DNA from: Amoeboaphelidium protococcarum X5
Taxonomy: Eukaryota; Fungi; Aphelidiomycota
Length of the DNA: 64,000 nt
Direction: 5' to 3'
Assembly (NCBI GenBank): GCA_023515725.1
Contig: JALDTO010000098.1
Span: forward strand, 1,902,961-1,966,960
Each line of letters opens with the position of its first letter. Position 1 is the first letter of the stretch. Made by a program: the position numbers and the translations under genes. Shown here in pieces: positions 1 to 13,219 of the stretch. The notes beneath the pieces are model-generated. The model ran no database searches and was not told where the DNA came from. It was given only the letters and a program-made list of their open reading frames with translations.

Positions 1-1
1 T

Positions 2-2446
2 GATTTGAGTTGGGGCAATCCAGCGCAGAATCCTAGTAACAAGAAAGTGATGAACTCTACCAATACTCAGAGTTCAATGTAAAGCGGCCAATAATAATCT
101 CATCTACCAAGAATGGCTGCCATGTCTGCTCCGATTTCTGCGCCTAATCAGTAATAGTCAACGCTGAGTAGTAGAAGTGCGTCACCATCCAATGCTGGTA
201 TGCCTAATAAGTCTTAGTCAGTTGATCCATTTGCTAATCTCATGAGTGGCAGTATCATGAATTCTAGATAGAGTAACAATAGTAAAGACATGTCCAAGAT
301 GACTTTGGCAGAGTAATAATAATACGCTAAAAGTTAACAATTAACATCTATGCCTTTGTAGTAGCAATTCTAGGCACCTTAATAGTCCCAGCTCACTTCC
401 TCCACCACCTTCAAGTCTTCCCAAAGTGCATCGCCAACGAAGCAGTCTGGTAGTAATGCTAATAATTGGGACTTCGATGCCTTTTTGACAACGTAAAAGT
501 AATCGCCGTCTACTCAATAAGCTGATGAGTCTTCTCAATAATAATAGAAGAATAAGGTTCCTCCGAGTGTGTAGAATCTTAATGATGATGATACGTTTGG
601 GCTGTTTTCAAATTAGCCTCCCGTTCAGAACATCTAACCTGCTGCCAAATCGTCAGATGTGTCTTCCTCATTACAGTAGTCCAAACCTGCCCCTTCCTTA
701 CCATAGTAGGACAGACAAGTATAGATCTCATAACAACCATGGCTGAACGATAAGCCAAATGATGCAATTTAGCGTAATCAGGATCTGTCTAATGCGGCGG
801 AGAAGTCATCAGGTGCGTAAAAGGCGCCCGCTGTCAGTCAAGATGAACTTATTGCAAAGATGGTCAATTTGGGGTTTGGTGTCGAAGAATCTAAAAAGGC
901 TCTGGATAGATCTGATAATAATGTTTAAGAGGCTATGACTCTAATCATCACTGGACAATTACATTAGCAGTAGTAGTAGTAGTAATCTTCCGACTAGTAG
1001 TAATAGTAGAACAACGGTGGTAAGGATTATAAAGCCAATTTTAACAAGTTTGTTGGCAAGGCACAAGTGCTGAGTGGCGCTCTCTTCTAAAAGGCTAAAG
1101 AGATTGTGAACGAGTAGAGCAAAAAACTTCAGACCACCATACGTAGTAGTATGGAAGATGTCGGAGATGGTTATGGTGGTCAGTAGTTGGATGATTAGCC
1201 TGAGCTATTTTAGTATCGATAATAGCCTGGCGATATCAGTGATGATCATTTGCATGACTTGAAAGCTGCCAAATAAGTAAAATAGACTGCTGAAGTGTTC
1301 AAAAGCCCGGTTATAGAGCGCCCACCTAAATCGGGCGATTTATCAAATTCCAGAGTCGCTGAGATTATGTCTGCTGCTAATTCGTGTAAGGATCAAGGTA
1401 CCATCTCTTTCAAACAAGGCCAGTATGGTGACGCAGAAGAGCAGTACACTAAGGCGTTGAGTCATTTCCTTCAGTACAGAGAGACGTTTGAATGGACTCT
1501 ATTTTATCCAGACTTGGTGTAGTTGGTAATGTCATTGCATAACAATCGTGCCGCGTGCAGACTTAAGAATGGAACATACAAAGATGCCGTGGCTGATTGT
1601 GACCAAGTATTGCTCCTGTTGAAGGACGAAATGCAGTATGGAGATAATGCTAGTAAGCAGAAGGAGTTGAAAGATGTTCAGAGTAAAGCTTTACTGCGGA
1701 AGGCGACGGCCCTGGAGAATATGGAAAAGTTTAAACTTTCACTGGAGACTTTCTAACTATGTATGGCTGTGTGCCAGAGTGAAGGTGGTCCTGGTGTAGG
1801 TAAGCCTATTTACGACGGTATTAGACGATGTTCTTAAGCTCTGGGAATTGGTCAACCACCGGCGGTAAATAGTAATACAGCTAGAACTGTATCATCATCT
1901 TAGCAGTCTCCTGGAAAGAGCAGTGCTCCTACACAATCTCAGCCTATAAGTAATAAGTCTAGTGACATTATGAATGATTTGGCCTTCCTTGGTGATATGA
2001 GTGGATAAAGTTAGAAGACTCGAGATTTCATGAATACTACAACTGCTACTGCTACTACCTCAGCCGACCAAAGTTTGTAGACATCATAGCCCACGTCGGT
2101 GACAATGAACTAGTCACAGCTTGAGATGAGAGATAACGTGGATGCTGCCATAATGAAATGGAAGGATGGTAAGGGATAGAATATCAGGGCTCTGTTGTCA
2201 ACGCTGGATCAAGTTCTCCGCCCGTATCCGTAAATCTTGTCTAACAATGGCCAATGGACTCCACCAAAGATGTCCGAACTCGTCACTACCAGTCAGGTGA
2301 AGATAAAGTACATGAAAGCTATTGCTAAAGTGCATCCAGATAAACTACCAAACGTCAGTGAAGAGGAGAATTTGATTTGTGCGTCAGTGTTCAGTGCTCT
2401 CAATCTCGCATGGGATATATTCAAGGCTCAGAATGGTATGAAGTGA
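2..2446 (+). CDS. SWA2: Auxilin-like clathrin-uncoating co-chaperone (UBA + TPR + C-terminal J domain), 5'-truncated by window
   Basis: Single frame from position 2 to TGA at 2444-2446 when TAR=Gln. DPF/DAF/DLAF motifs, UBA-like 'IAKMVNLGFGVEESKKAL', TPR 'GTISFKQGQYGDAEEQYTKAL...NNRAACRLK', J domain 'WKDGKDKNIRALLSTL...YMKAIAKVHPDKLP'. Confidence 0.88.
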
Positions 2447-2573
2447 TAATGCGTATTCCATCACTACTTGCTATTCAGAGGCGTGTCATGATGATGATAT
2501 GGAATTGAAATATATGTATAGATAGATGATTGCTTAATCGATTTATCCAATATAGAATCATTCAAAAACGAAA

Positions 2574-2936
2574 TCAATAATCTTTGAGACCAAGTGCAGC
2601 ACATCCACCTTTTTATCCGGTGCATAAATACCATCCACTACCTTATTAACATTTACGTTGGGATGGTGCACATGGACAGTCAATGGGGCGCGAGACACAT
2701 ACAACTTTCGAGGTATCCCACGGCATGGGGCATATATATCCATCACACCTGTCCATATCGGTCAAAGCCGCCACTCTTACTCTCTAACCTCCCGTAAAAG
2801 AAGTACTACCACCACCACCTTCACCATCATAAGCGTAATGATCATCTCCCCCATGATGCTAATCTCCACCTTCCTAAAAGAACTATTGGAAGAATCCATC
2901 GAATGCATTAATAGTCGCTGACAATAGCAGCATCAT
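2574..2936 (-). CDS. LCL2: Long chronological lifespan protein 2-like small secreted/ER Cys-rich protein
   Basis: MMLLLSATINAFDGFFQQFFQ...RCDGYICPMPWDTSKVVCVSRPIDCPCAPSQRKCQQGSGWYLCTGQKGGC, ending in TGA. Signal peptide, FFQ motif and CxxYxCP..CV..P.DCPC pattern of Lcl2. The true start may lie upstream through a short intron (ATG near 3012). Missing from the ORF track. Confidence 0.75.
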
Positions 2937-3133
2937 AACTACAGTCTACCATACAAACTTATAACATTATAATCACTAAACTGAAATCTTTATTGTTATC
3001 AACTTACTACATGATATATACTCCTCATTTTTATAATAATAATATTCAATAGATGCTTTAAGACAATGATAGTAAAGTTCAAGAAATCTTCTCTTACAAA
3101 GTGGGAAAGAAATCGCTGCGAGTGAATGAACAA

Positions 3134-3982
3134 ATGATGAAGAATTTAATGCTTTTCCGACTTATTGCATCCTAGTTTAGTGTGGAATGTGAACAAGATG
3201 AGTCTGACTATAACTAGAATGCTTCACATCAAGTCGCTGAAGTTGCCTTTACATTGGGCGTAATTGGTGGAACGTGTCTCTCTATCGCTGTGTCACTTGT
3301 ATGGTCCAATAGCGTGATCTTCTTGCTGTTGTAAGGACCTCTTTTGTATGTCGCGTCTCTCTGTACATTCCACCTCTTGGAGTATTATTCTACGGCCATT
3401 AATCACCCGGAATCTATAAATTTGTCATCATTCTTACTGGATCATTCGCGGGAATACTGGTTGGCGCATATAAGTTCATTGATTGAGTACACTGTTTGGT
3501 TTATCATTTTAAGGATATTCTTTAACCACTAAGCATCCGCGTATTCTGTCGCTCTAGTTGTTATTAAGCTCTTTGGTGTTGTTGGTGTATGCTTGGGATA
3601 ATGGTTGAGAACTTGGGCAATGCTCACGGCTGGGCGTAATTTCACTCATCAAGTCAAAACGTCTGATAGTAATAGAAGTTCCTGGAGAACTGATACAGCC
3701 AACGGTTAGACCAGAAGTAGCAATATTGATCATCAACTTGTCACCTCAGGAATCTATTCCTATATAAGACACCCGTCATATTGCGCGTTTATGCTGTGGA
3801 CTATCAGTCTTCACTTGTTGCTTGTATACTCTCCCGTTACACTGATGATTCATACCGTTTTTCTATGGCGTTTCTTCCACTCGCGGATTGCCACTGAAGA
3901 TCACTGGCTGGAGGAGACATTTGAAGAGAAGTTTCATGATTACAAGAAACGTACCTTCAGTGGAATCCCTTTTATTAGGTGA
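3134..3982 (+). CDS. STE14: Protein-S-isoprenylcysteine O-methyltransferase
   Basis: Multi-TM protein with 'FHLLEYYSTAINHP', 'LRTWAMLTAGRNFTH', 'HQLVTSGIYSYIRHPSYCAF', 'RIATEDHWL', 'YKKRTFSGIPFI', ending in TGA. Confidence 0.9.
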
Positions 3983-4203
3983 TTTGAATTGATCATTTAC
4001 AGTATATATGTATAGTTGCTCTTTATTATGTTTCCTTTGTATATAAACGCATGTTATCGTCCAGCTTAAAGTTGCTTCAAGCATTTCTTCTTTCTTACTT
4101 GGCTTTAAGCGTCGCGATTCTTCTTCATCGCCTGTGTTAAACGCGTTAATTTGTATAAATTACTACAAAGATCTTAGCTTCTTACGCGTAAATATATAAA
4201 AAG

Positions 4204-4437
4204 ATGAAGCCATCGAATCCGGAATTGAAGAAGCTTATGGATAAAAAGGTGTAAATATTGGTGAATGCTAATAGGAAAATGTGTGGAACTCTCAGAGGAT
4301 ATGATCCGTTCTTGAATATAGTGTTGGATGATGCTGTACATACAACTAAAGATGGGCGAGAAGTCTCCATGGGGACTGTTGTGATCAGAGGCAATGCTGT
4401 CAAGAGCATGGAGTGTCTAGAACGTGTTGTTACCTGA
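4204..4437 (+). CDS. SNRPG: Small nuclear ribonucleoprotein G (SmG)
   Basis: MKPSNPELKKLMDKKVQILVNANRKMCGTLRGYDPFLNIVLDDA...GTVVIRGNAVKSMECLERVVT*. One internal TAA read as Gln. Confidence 0.92.
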
Positions 4438-4554
4438 ACATGAAAGACTGAATGATTAATTTGAAATCTATAAATTTGTATTTTTAGCTTAGGACTACGT
4501 TATCATATCTACTATATAAAGCTTCTCTCATTCCTTTAAGCCAGTAAATCAACT

Positions 4555-6126
4555 TCAAGCATTCTACGCGTTCATCTACTCCACGAGCTTTCGCGTTTCC
4601 GGATCCATGCCTTCCAGTACGGCATCTTGGCCTTTCACAATTAGATCCCATAGAGTAATTCTAATATTCTATGATTTTTCCATAAATTCCTGTTACTGCT
4701 ATTCAGCCTATTTCATAACTTGCTCCTACTCCTGCCTAGACTTTTCCAGATTCTTGGCAAACTCATTATGGTGTTGCAGCATCGCGTCTGCCTGGCTCAA
4801 ACTTTACTGTTGAGAAGTAGGCATTGAAGCACCGGTGACCTGACCAGGCATAGGCTGTGAGATTGGCTTAATTCCCAGGAAGGCCATCAAAGTGCCCAAT
4901 ATTCCACCACTACCGCCACTCTGACCGATATTGGCAATGGATTCACGCGACTGTAAACGGGCAGCCTGTTCTTGTGCAGTCTTCTATCGCACCATCTCTA
5001 CATTCTTGGCGAATTCTTTTGGGATATCTGTTCCCTAATACTGCTTGAGAATAGGCCTGAAATCATTGCTCTTGGACATTGCCAGAGTTTCCAAGAATGG
5101 TAGCATATCCAGCAGATACGCATCTTTATCCTTAGAAGGAGACTGAGTATCCCAGAGCGATGGTACTATCAAGATATCATCAGCATTGATCACCTCATCC
5201 TTGAACTGATCAAGCAAGATCGTGGTGGATAAATCTCTTCCTAAATTGTTCAAATCTTTCACCATGTTCAGTCTCCCACCATCGAGATCAAATGCTAAAT
5301 GATCGCGGTAGAGTCTGTTAGCATTAGGATCTTGTGGATTTGCTGATGCCTGACTAATGGCACCGCCAGATTTAATATCCAGCTAGTGGAGAGCCATCTC
5401 CTGCAATGATTGACCACCTTGATTCAGAGTACGTGAACTCCAAATCACAATCTCATAATACTGACTGAGATAACTCAGAAAATACTCGGCATATGGACGT
5501 TTAATGACGTGCCATCCCTTATCGCGAGTCCACTCAGTCTAGAATAGAGTACCTTCAGGCTCGATGATCAGTGTGGGAACTCTATAATATTTCTGCAAGC
5601 TTTGTGGCGTACCAGGAGGCATAGGGATTGGAATGGTGATCGGTGCAGGTAGGAATGGATACATAAACTCTGGAGGATCTACATAACGCTTATACACTGA
5701 CAGAAGTCTGTACTGCAATCGCTTCAGAGGAGCCATATATTAGGAAGCATTGGCAATCATTGGAGGCTCAACAGCAGAAGATCTTTATGCTGCTGATGAT
5801 GATGATGCTGTTGTTGGATAATCATGACTGCTCTTGGATCGCTGATCGTCGAACGGAACAGGCTTCCAGCTATAATATCCAAGTGTGCCAACTAGACTAG
5901 CCAAAATACCATATCCAACCATCTTGGCAACGATAGATTCACCACCCTCCGCCATATCACCGCTATGACGCGTTGTCTAAGACGGTCTACCTGAAGACTC
6001 CACTTCCATGCGACTTTGCAGCGTCTGACGCGTCTATTCCGGAATCAATGACTACTACTTATTAGACGAGACTAATCTCCGGCTCTGTATGTTATTAATT
6101 CTAATTAGTCGCGTCTACTTGAGCAT
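4555..6126 (-). CDS. TIM50: Mitochondrial import inner membrane translocase subunit Tim50
   Basis: Basic presequence ([18 protein letters not shown]), one TM segment, then a NIF/FCP domain: '[47 protein letters not shown]', 'LYRDH', '[12 protein letters not shown]'. Ends TGA 4555-4557. Confidence 0.88.
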
Positions 6127-6420
6127 TCTTAATTTATTATCAATGGGATGGTAGAATTTTACACTGATAAAAGACAACGGAAAAAATTCACAGCGAATTT
6201 AAAAGCGATCGTGAAAATCTCTTTCAATTAAGTGCGAGAAGGGAAACGTTACGCTAAAGCCTAGCCATGTCAGTCGACCGCGTATGGCTCTCAAAGAACG
6301 GGCGAGTCGGTGAAAGTTTCAGTTTCCTTGAACATTTCCATTCTTTAATTGAAACCGATAAGTATTTCTGTACTTCTTCTTACTAAGAACTATCTGCAAT
6401 ATAAATCAGCCAGCTAAATA

Positions 6421-7485
6421 ATGAGTGTGTCGAACGGAGTTTAGACAGAGTTGATAACATTGTCTCGTTAGGTGCTTAATGAGTAGTACAAGTTCAAGGA
6501 GGCTTCTGGCGATCTGACGCTGCTTCTGGTCAGTATCCAACTTGGTTGTAAATTCGTGTCCAGTCAGGTGCGCAAAGCTGGTCTGGTCTAATTGACCGGT
6601 CTGAGTTCTAATAATGCTGTCAATGTACAGGGCGAAGATGTCAAGAAGTTGGATGAGGTGTCCAACTCCATTTTCATTAATGCTCTAAAATCATCCGGTA
6701 AGGTGGCAGTTATGGTGAGTGAGGAGAATGAGAACGAGATCATTGTCGAGGGACCGCTTAAGGGAAAGTACTGCGTGGTTTTTGATCCATTGGATGGAAG
6801 TTCAAACATTGATTGTGCGATCAGTATTGGTACCATATTTGGTATTTACAAGCTTCAGGATGGTGATAAGGGTGATAGTGTGAAGTCTGTACTACGTCCC
6901 GGGAGAGAAATGGTTGCCGCCGGGTACTGTTTGTATGGCTCCACCACCATGTTGATGCTAGCTACCAAGAATAGTGCTAGCGGTGATGGTATTTCCGGTG
7001 CAACTCTGAACGGATACACTTTGGACACTTCAATTGGTGAGTTTATCCTCACACATCCCAAGGTGCAGATTCCTAAGCGTGGAAAAATTTACTCTGTCAA
7101 TGAGGGAAACTCTGTGTACTGGGACGATGCATGTAAGAAGTACTTCTCCTCTCTGAAGAATCCCGCTGACCCTAATGCTAAGCCATACAGTGCGCGCTAT
7201 GTTGGATCCATGGTTGCCGATGTGCACCGAACCATTCTATATGGTGGTATATTTGCTTACCCAGCCGACAGCAAGAGTAAGAATGGTAAGTTGCGTCTGC
7301 TGTACGAATGCTTCCCGATGGCATTTATTGTTGAAGCTGCCGGTGGACTGGCCATAACTGGTAAGAGCGGCGAGTAAATATTGAATCTGATCCCCAAGAG
7401 CATTCACGACAGAGCTCCAATCTTTTTGGGATCTCGCGATGATGTGACTGATCTTGCCACTTGTTACAAATCGGTGTCTAATTGA
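6421..7485 (+). CDS. FBP1: Fructose-1,6-bisphosphatase class I
   Basis: '[11 protein letters not shown]', '[11 protein letters not shown]', '[13 protein letters not shown]', '[13 protein letters not shown]', '[11 protein letters not shown]'. Ends TGA 7483-7485. Confidence 0.97.
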
Positions 7486-7753
7486 GGATAGCTGTTTGAG
7501 GATAGCGGAATTGTAATTACATGGATTGAAATATCCTTGGATTATTGTTCAGCTCCGGTGGATGTGATCATGTAGTAGTAATGTTATCAATGAAGAATTT
7601 TGTTCATCACAGTACTATCCTGTTCTCTTCCACCTGTTGTAATCGTTGCTTTGGTTTCGCGTCATTTTGTTTTGTTTCTCGCCTTTGAAACGTTTATAAA
7701 ACTTCTTTGTCCTGTGCTAAAAATCCATTCTTTAGAAACTAAGAGGATTGAAT

Positions 7754-8053
7754 ATGTCTCGGTAAAAAGTTTTGAATTTGTATAAGCGGCTATTATATGC
7801 AGTGAGAGAGTATCCGGAACCGTTTGATGCTTAATTGTTTTAGTAACCTTAAATGGAAATGAGAATACCACAGTCTGAAGTACTTCGGTAGAGAGTACGA
7901 AAGCAATTCCGAGCCAACGCCTCCATGACTGATCAGGGTGATATTCAGAAAAAGATTGAGCTGGGTGAGTACATTATCAAAGAGATTGAGGCTATGCACA
8001 AACTGCGGAAATATAGACATTTAAAAAAGAACTATTATGACTCTGATGAATGA
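7754..8053 (+). CDS. ETFRF1: LYR-motif protein 5 / electron transfer flavoprotein regulatory factor 1
   Basis: MSRQKVLNLYKRLLYAVREYP...VRKQFRANASMTDQGDIQKKIELGEYIIKEIEAMHKLRKYRHLKKNYYDSDE*. LYK motif plus the LYRM5-type C-terminus. Absent from the ORF track. Confidence 0.88.
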
Positions 8054-8249
8054 ATATTATTTTTTAAACTTAGTTCATGCATATTAGAAATCTCTTCCGC
8101 TGAGACTGCTCAGTCAGAATAGTTAATCCACTTTACGCGGTAACGAACGCGTTTGAGATCAAGTGAAAAGTCATCAAATTGTACCATCATCTCTTTGAGC
8201 TCTTTTCAATCTTTATAAATCAAGTTTTAGTAATAACCTGTTGAAAATT

Positions 8250-10994
8250 ATGGGAAAGGATAAAAAAGTTGGTAAGGGAAGATTAGACAAGTATTATCAC
8301 TTGGCCAAGAGTCAGGGATACAGAGCGCGTTCTGCTTTTAAACTGATACAGTTGAACAAGAAGTATGGATTTCTGGAGAAGGCGCGTGTGTTGGTTGATC
8401 TGTGTGCCAGTCCTGGTTCATGGCTGTAAGTGGCCAGTAAGTATATGCCTGTCAGCTCTATCATCATCGGTGTGGATCTCGTGCCCATCAAGCCTATTCC
8501 GCGCGTAATTACCCATACCGAAGATATCACCACAGCATCGTGTCAGTCCACTATTTAGAAGGATTTGAAAACGTGGAAAGCTGACGTTGTTCTTCACGAT
8601 GGTGCGCCGAATGTCGGTTCCTCTTGGATCCAGGATGCGTATGATTAGAGCGTGTTGGTTCTGTGTGCTCTGAAGCTCGCCACTGATATTCTGACCAAAG
8701 GTGGTACGTTTGTGACCAAGGTATTTAGAAGTAGAGATTACAACAAGCTGCTGTGGATTTTGGGTCAATTTTTTGATAAGGTTGAAGCCACCAAACCTCC
8801 GTCGTCGCGTAACGTGTCTGCCGAGTTGTTCGTTGTCTGTCGCGGTTTTCTGGCACCCAAGAAGATTGATGCCAGACTGTTGGATCCCAAGTATGTTTTC
8901 CAGGAAGTTGATGATGCGGCCATTGAGGATGCATAGAAGGATCAGTCTATTGATGGTGGCGATAAAGCGTTACCGCTTCTGAGCACCAAGTCTGCCATGG
9001 ATGAGTTGATGAATCCAGTGAAGAATGATAAGAAGCGTAAGAGAGAAGGTTACGAAGATGGTAATTAGTTGTTATTCAAGAAGACTTCAGTGTTGGATTT
9101 TCTGAATTGTAAGAAGGATTCTGAGGCTGTGTAGATTCTGGCTTCTTATAATTAATTATCCTTTGAAGAGTAGGCGGATAAAATTGTTGCCGCTGATGAT
9201 GATGAAGATGAGGATGATCATTAATCTGCTATTGCTCTATCCAAGGTTCTGATCAATCCTCTGACTACGCCTGAAATTCAATCTTGTTGTGCTGATTTGA
9301 AAGTATTGGGACGTAAGGAGTATAGACACCTGTTGAAGTGGCGTAAGAATATTCGCGCGTTACTGCTGTCCTAATAGCAGTAGTAACAGGAAGATGCGAA
9401 TTAAGACGAGGTTAAAGAATCCAGTGAAGTTAATAACAGCGATGAGTTAAAGAAGGAGATCACTGAGATTGAAGCATTGGAGGAAATGGTGGCTAAAGAG
9501 ATTGTGAGTGAGAAGAGAAAGAAGAAGAAGAGATTGGAGAAACTGGCCAAGGATAGGCGTCGTATACAGTTGAACATGATTACTCCTCAGGATATTGCAT
9601 TAGATGCAGCTAATGACAGTTTGGCCTTTGCCGATGAGTTCAACCTGGACGGTGCAGAGCCTCAGAATAGCTCATTATTTGACTTGCGCCAGATGAAGGA
9701 CTTGAAAAAAGTTCCGCAAGAGTTTGTTAAAGCCGATGATGTGGATGAAGATTATTCTTCAGATGAGGAGGAGGAAGATGGTGCTCATGACTTTTCAGAT
9801 GCTAGTGATGGCAATGATTCAGATAGCGACTATGATAGATTGAATGAGATTGAGGCGAATTTGGATAACATGTATGATGAATATATGTAAAAGTAGATTG
9901 CTAAAGATCCCAAGTTGCTGATTAAAAAGAAGCGGGCTTAAGAAGAAGAGTTTACAGAATTTAAAGGCTCTGATTCTGATTCTGACAATGATGATGATGA
10001 CACGGCTTCCATTAAATCTGAATCTGAAGCTTCTCTATCTGGTGAAATGTCTGAGGATTTCTAGGATGAGTCTGTTATTGAGAAAGAGGAAGTATAGCCT
10101 GTAGTGAAGACTAAATCTGATCTCATCAGGGAGAAGAATGCAAGTATGTTCTTCAAGAACTCAATTTTTGATGATGCTGATATAGACTAGTCTGAATCCG
10201 AGCCTGAGGTGTTAGACGAGGAACTTGCTTCTAGCTCCAAGTAGAAGAAGCTTAAAGGCGCGTAATGCTCTAAGATCCAGTAAGAGTTGTCAGAAGGAGA
10301 AGACGATTAGGACTAGGAAGAGTTGAAGGTGAGAGAAAGGGAATAGAAGGCTGAGTAGATTAGAAAGATCTTGGACTCTCCTTAGGCTGTTTAAATTGCT
10401 ATAGAAATGATCCAGGATGGTGGCAGAAAGAAGGAGGACGTGCTGGAGGACTACGGTTACACAAGGTACTCTAATTTTGGTCTGGACGATGATAGTCTTC
10501 CATCTTGGTTCAAAGATGATGAGTTAAGATTTAATCAGCCAGTCAGGCACCAAGATGTCACCAAGGAGGCCGTGCAGATCTATAAAGATCGTTAAAAAGC
10601 TCTTAACCAGAAGCCAATTAAGAAGGTGGCTGAGGCCAAAGCACGTAAGAAGTACAAGTCTACGAAGAAGCTGGACAAATTGAAATAGAAGATGAATGCC
10701 ATGTTGGACGATGATCTCAACGACAGCAGCAAAAGTGCCGCCCAGTCCGGGTATGATCCAGAAATGGCCACAAAGCTATCAGAGATGCAGAAAATGCTAC
10801 GTAATGCGGCAAGGAAATCTAAAGAGTCTCAGAAGCGCAAGGTGGAGCTTGTGGTTGCCAAAGGAAATAACAGAGGTAAGAAGGGCCGTCCATCTGGAGT
10901 GAAAGGTCGTTATAAGATGGTTGATCCGCGCATGAAGAAGGAGTTAAAGGCTGTAAAGAGAAAAGAGCGTGAGACAAAGCGCAAGAGAAAGTGA
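8250..10994 (+). CDS. SPB1: 27S pre-rRNA 2'-O-methyltransferase Spb1/FTSJ3
   Basis: '[29 protein letters not shown]', '[13 protein letters not shown]', 'LHDGAPNVG', '[12 protein letters not shown]', C-terminal '[16 protein letters not shown]'. Confidence 0.97.
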
Positions 10995-11056
10995 GACTCT
11001 TTATGAATACAGAGAACATCTATATAGTTGACATCATATTATAAACCTTATTATCA

Positions 11057-12856
11057 TCATACGAATATCACTTCTAATCTAACTATACCTTTCTATTCTA
11101 TCAATCTTCTTACTTTTGAATCAGAATCTACAGCTTAGTCACCATACAGCGCCTCTCTCTGAGTAATGTCAACAGGATAGATGCGATGAATCTTTAGATT
11201 ACGCGCAGACTTGAAAAAATCTGGACGATGTCCATCCCATATTGGCGTGTATAGATCACTTGCAGACTAAGAAGTAGTTTTAATTACATCAACACCCTTA
11301 TAAAATGTGCTTTACGCCGCCAGAGATCCAAAAAGCTTCAAAATCTTGCTATAGAACTCATCAACTGAGATATTGTCTAAATCTGTCGGTACTAATAGAT
11401 TGTGATAATAAAATCTTCCACGCTCACGAATCATAATTCGCCTTTACACTTGCCCATTTTAACGGCATTAGTTAGCCGTCTATGATAACTATTCAGAGTC
11501 CAGAGATTTCGTAACAGTTTTATGACTGTCTTGAGTCGCCAAATGAATGCACAGTCTACACTCAGAATGTACGACAGCCATGTCTACCAATGCCGCAAAT
11601 TTGCGTCCAAGTCCAATCTACTTGTACTTAATCATTTGCATGTACATATCAGGATTCCTTGCTAAATATTGGATCAACTTCACCACCTTAGGCAGTGCAT
11701 CAAGCGATGGTATACAAATAAGCCCGCCACCGAGAATCTGAGTATAATCCTGTTAATCTTGTTCATCAATATCTGGATCAACCTTGAGAGTAAGAGTTTC
11801 ATCGATGGGATCAAAGTCCATAATATTATTAGCTCCAATAACAATGGGAACAGAACCAGCTACAATGGCCTGTAAATACTTCTCAGTGACATAATCATCT
11901 TCAAAAGAGTTTTCAAAAGCCAGCGTGAATGGTGTCTATTCCAAAACATTCATCTTTGACTGCCAATCACTTGGTAGGCTAGGAGACTGCGGAAAACAGC
12001 GACCATACGTGGAGACAGGAACGCCAAGTTGAATGAGCTTATTAACAGCCTCAAGACGGAAAGTATTAGCCGCACAATTTGATATTACAGCCACAGCCAG
12101 AGGTGCCAAATCTCCTGGTGACTGATGCTTACCATCACTAAGCCGTTTCAGATATTCTGCGTATTGTTTCAGCGCCGCCAGTCGTTTCTGAAGCACAGCG
12201 TCGTCAATCGGTTTCATGAACTGATACTCTGCATACGAGAAGTAGCCCACCGGGACATCACTGTCCAGACGCGGAGTCATTGCTACACGAATACCTCGCT
12301 CGTGCACAGCTTTCGGGTGAGTGTTTGGGTAGTACACTGATGATTCCATGGTCTGGGAAATGTCCACATTCATCTATGCATCAGGATCATGAAACGGCTG
12401 AGGAGTATGTACACAGGGAACAGAACATTGAGGAGTCGAGTAAGAGCCGGTCTAAATCGTCACTGGCTATGAGGTATAGTTGCGAGCATAAGAAATGGGA
12501 AATTTCGCCAGCATCTCTGTGCAACTTAGAATTTAATCTTTGGTATCCACATTGCTTTACACTATTATTGACTCGGTATCCTCGTTAACGGCCGTCTTCT
12601 AACTCTTTAAATCTTCAGCGCCCACAATATCCGAAACGGTTCCATCAATTTCTTCAGAGTCGAAGCCACTGCCAAAATCGAATTCTTCTTCGTCGTCGTA
12701 CAATAATTGATCATCTACCAGCGGTAAGGGCTCCTTTTATCTTTACAGAACCAAGGTGGAAAGTCCATTGAAAATGATAAATATCACGGCTACCACCAGA
12801 TAAAGTTTTTTCCCTTTCAGGGAATATGATACATGATTATACAAAGATCTAGCCAT
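11057..12856 (-). CDS. GT10 alpha-1,3-fucosyltransferase, plant core-FucT (FucTA/FUT11)-like
   Basis: Type II TM N-terminus. 'TMESSVYYP', '[25 protein letters not shown]', 'ISNC', GT10 motif '[32 protein letters not shown]', and C-terminal 'IRERGRF...PIWDGHRP...[18 protein letters not shown]...LEVIFV*'. Confidence 0.9.
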
Positions 12857-13219
12857 AATATTGTGTGATAGATTAACCTTGTCTCAACTTATTCTGATGT
12901 TTGATTACATTCAAAAAGTAGAAAGAATTGAGTTTGTATGAATGGTGGACTTGTCTGAAACATTTTATTAGGTTCACGCTTATATAGCTAGCTTTACATT
13001 CAATTACTTATGAATTAAAAGAGTAAAATATTCCAACTCTGATAGGACCACAAATGCCGCGCCCTTTCTAACGTACTCACTCACTTAATAACTGAGCGAG
13101 TCTCGTTGCGATCGACGACGAGACTTCAACCAATCGCCTCGCCGTTTGAAAGTTCATCTTTTCTGTCTTCTAAAAAACCATCGCGCGCTTTTATCGTAAT
13201 TTATTTAGCATTCATCACA

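Noticed and set aside
2558-2746. ORF-track 62-aa minus ORF and the overlapping plus ORFs
   Set aside because: Wrong frames. The LCL2-like frame (2574-2936) explains the region.
7600-8020. Minus-strand ORF 'MSIFPQF...'
   Set aside because: Antisense shadow of the LYRM5/ETFRF1 gene on the plus strand.
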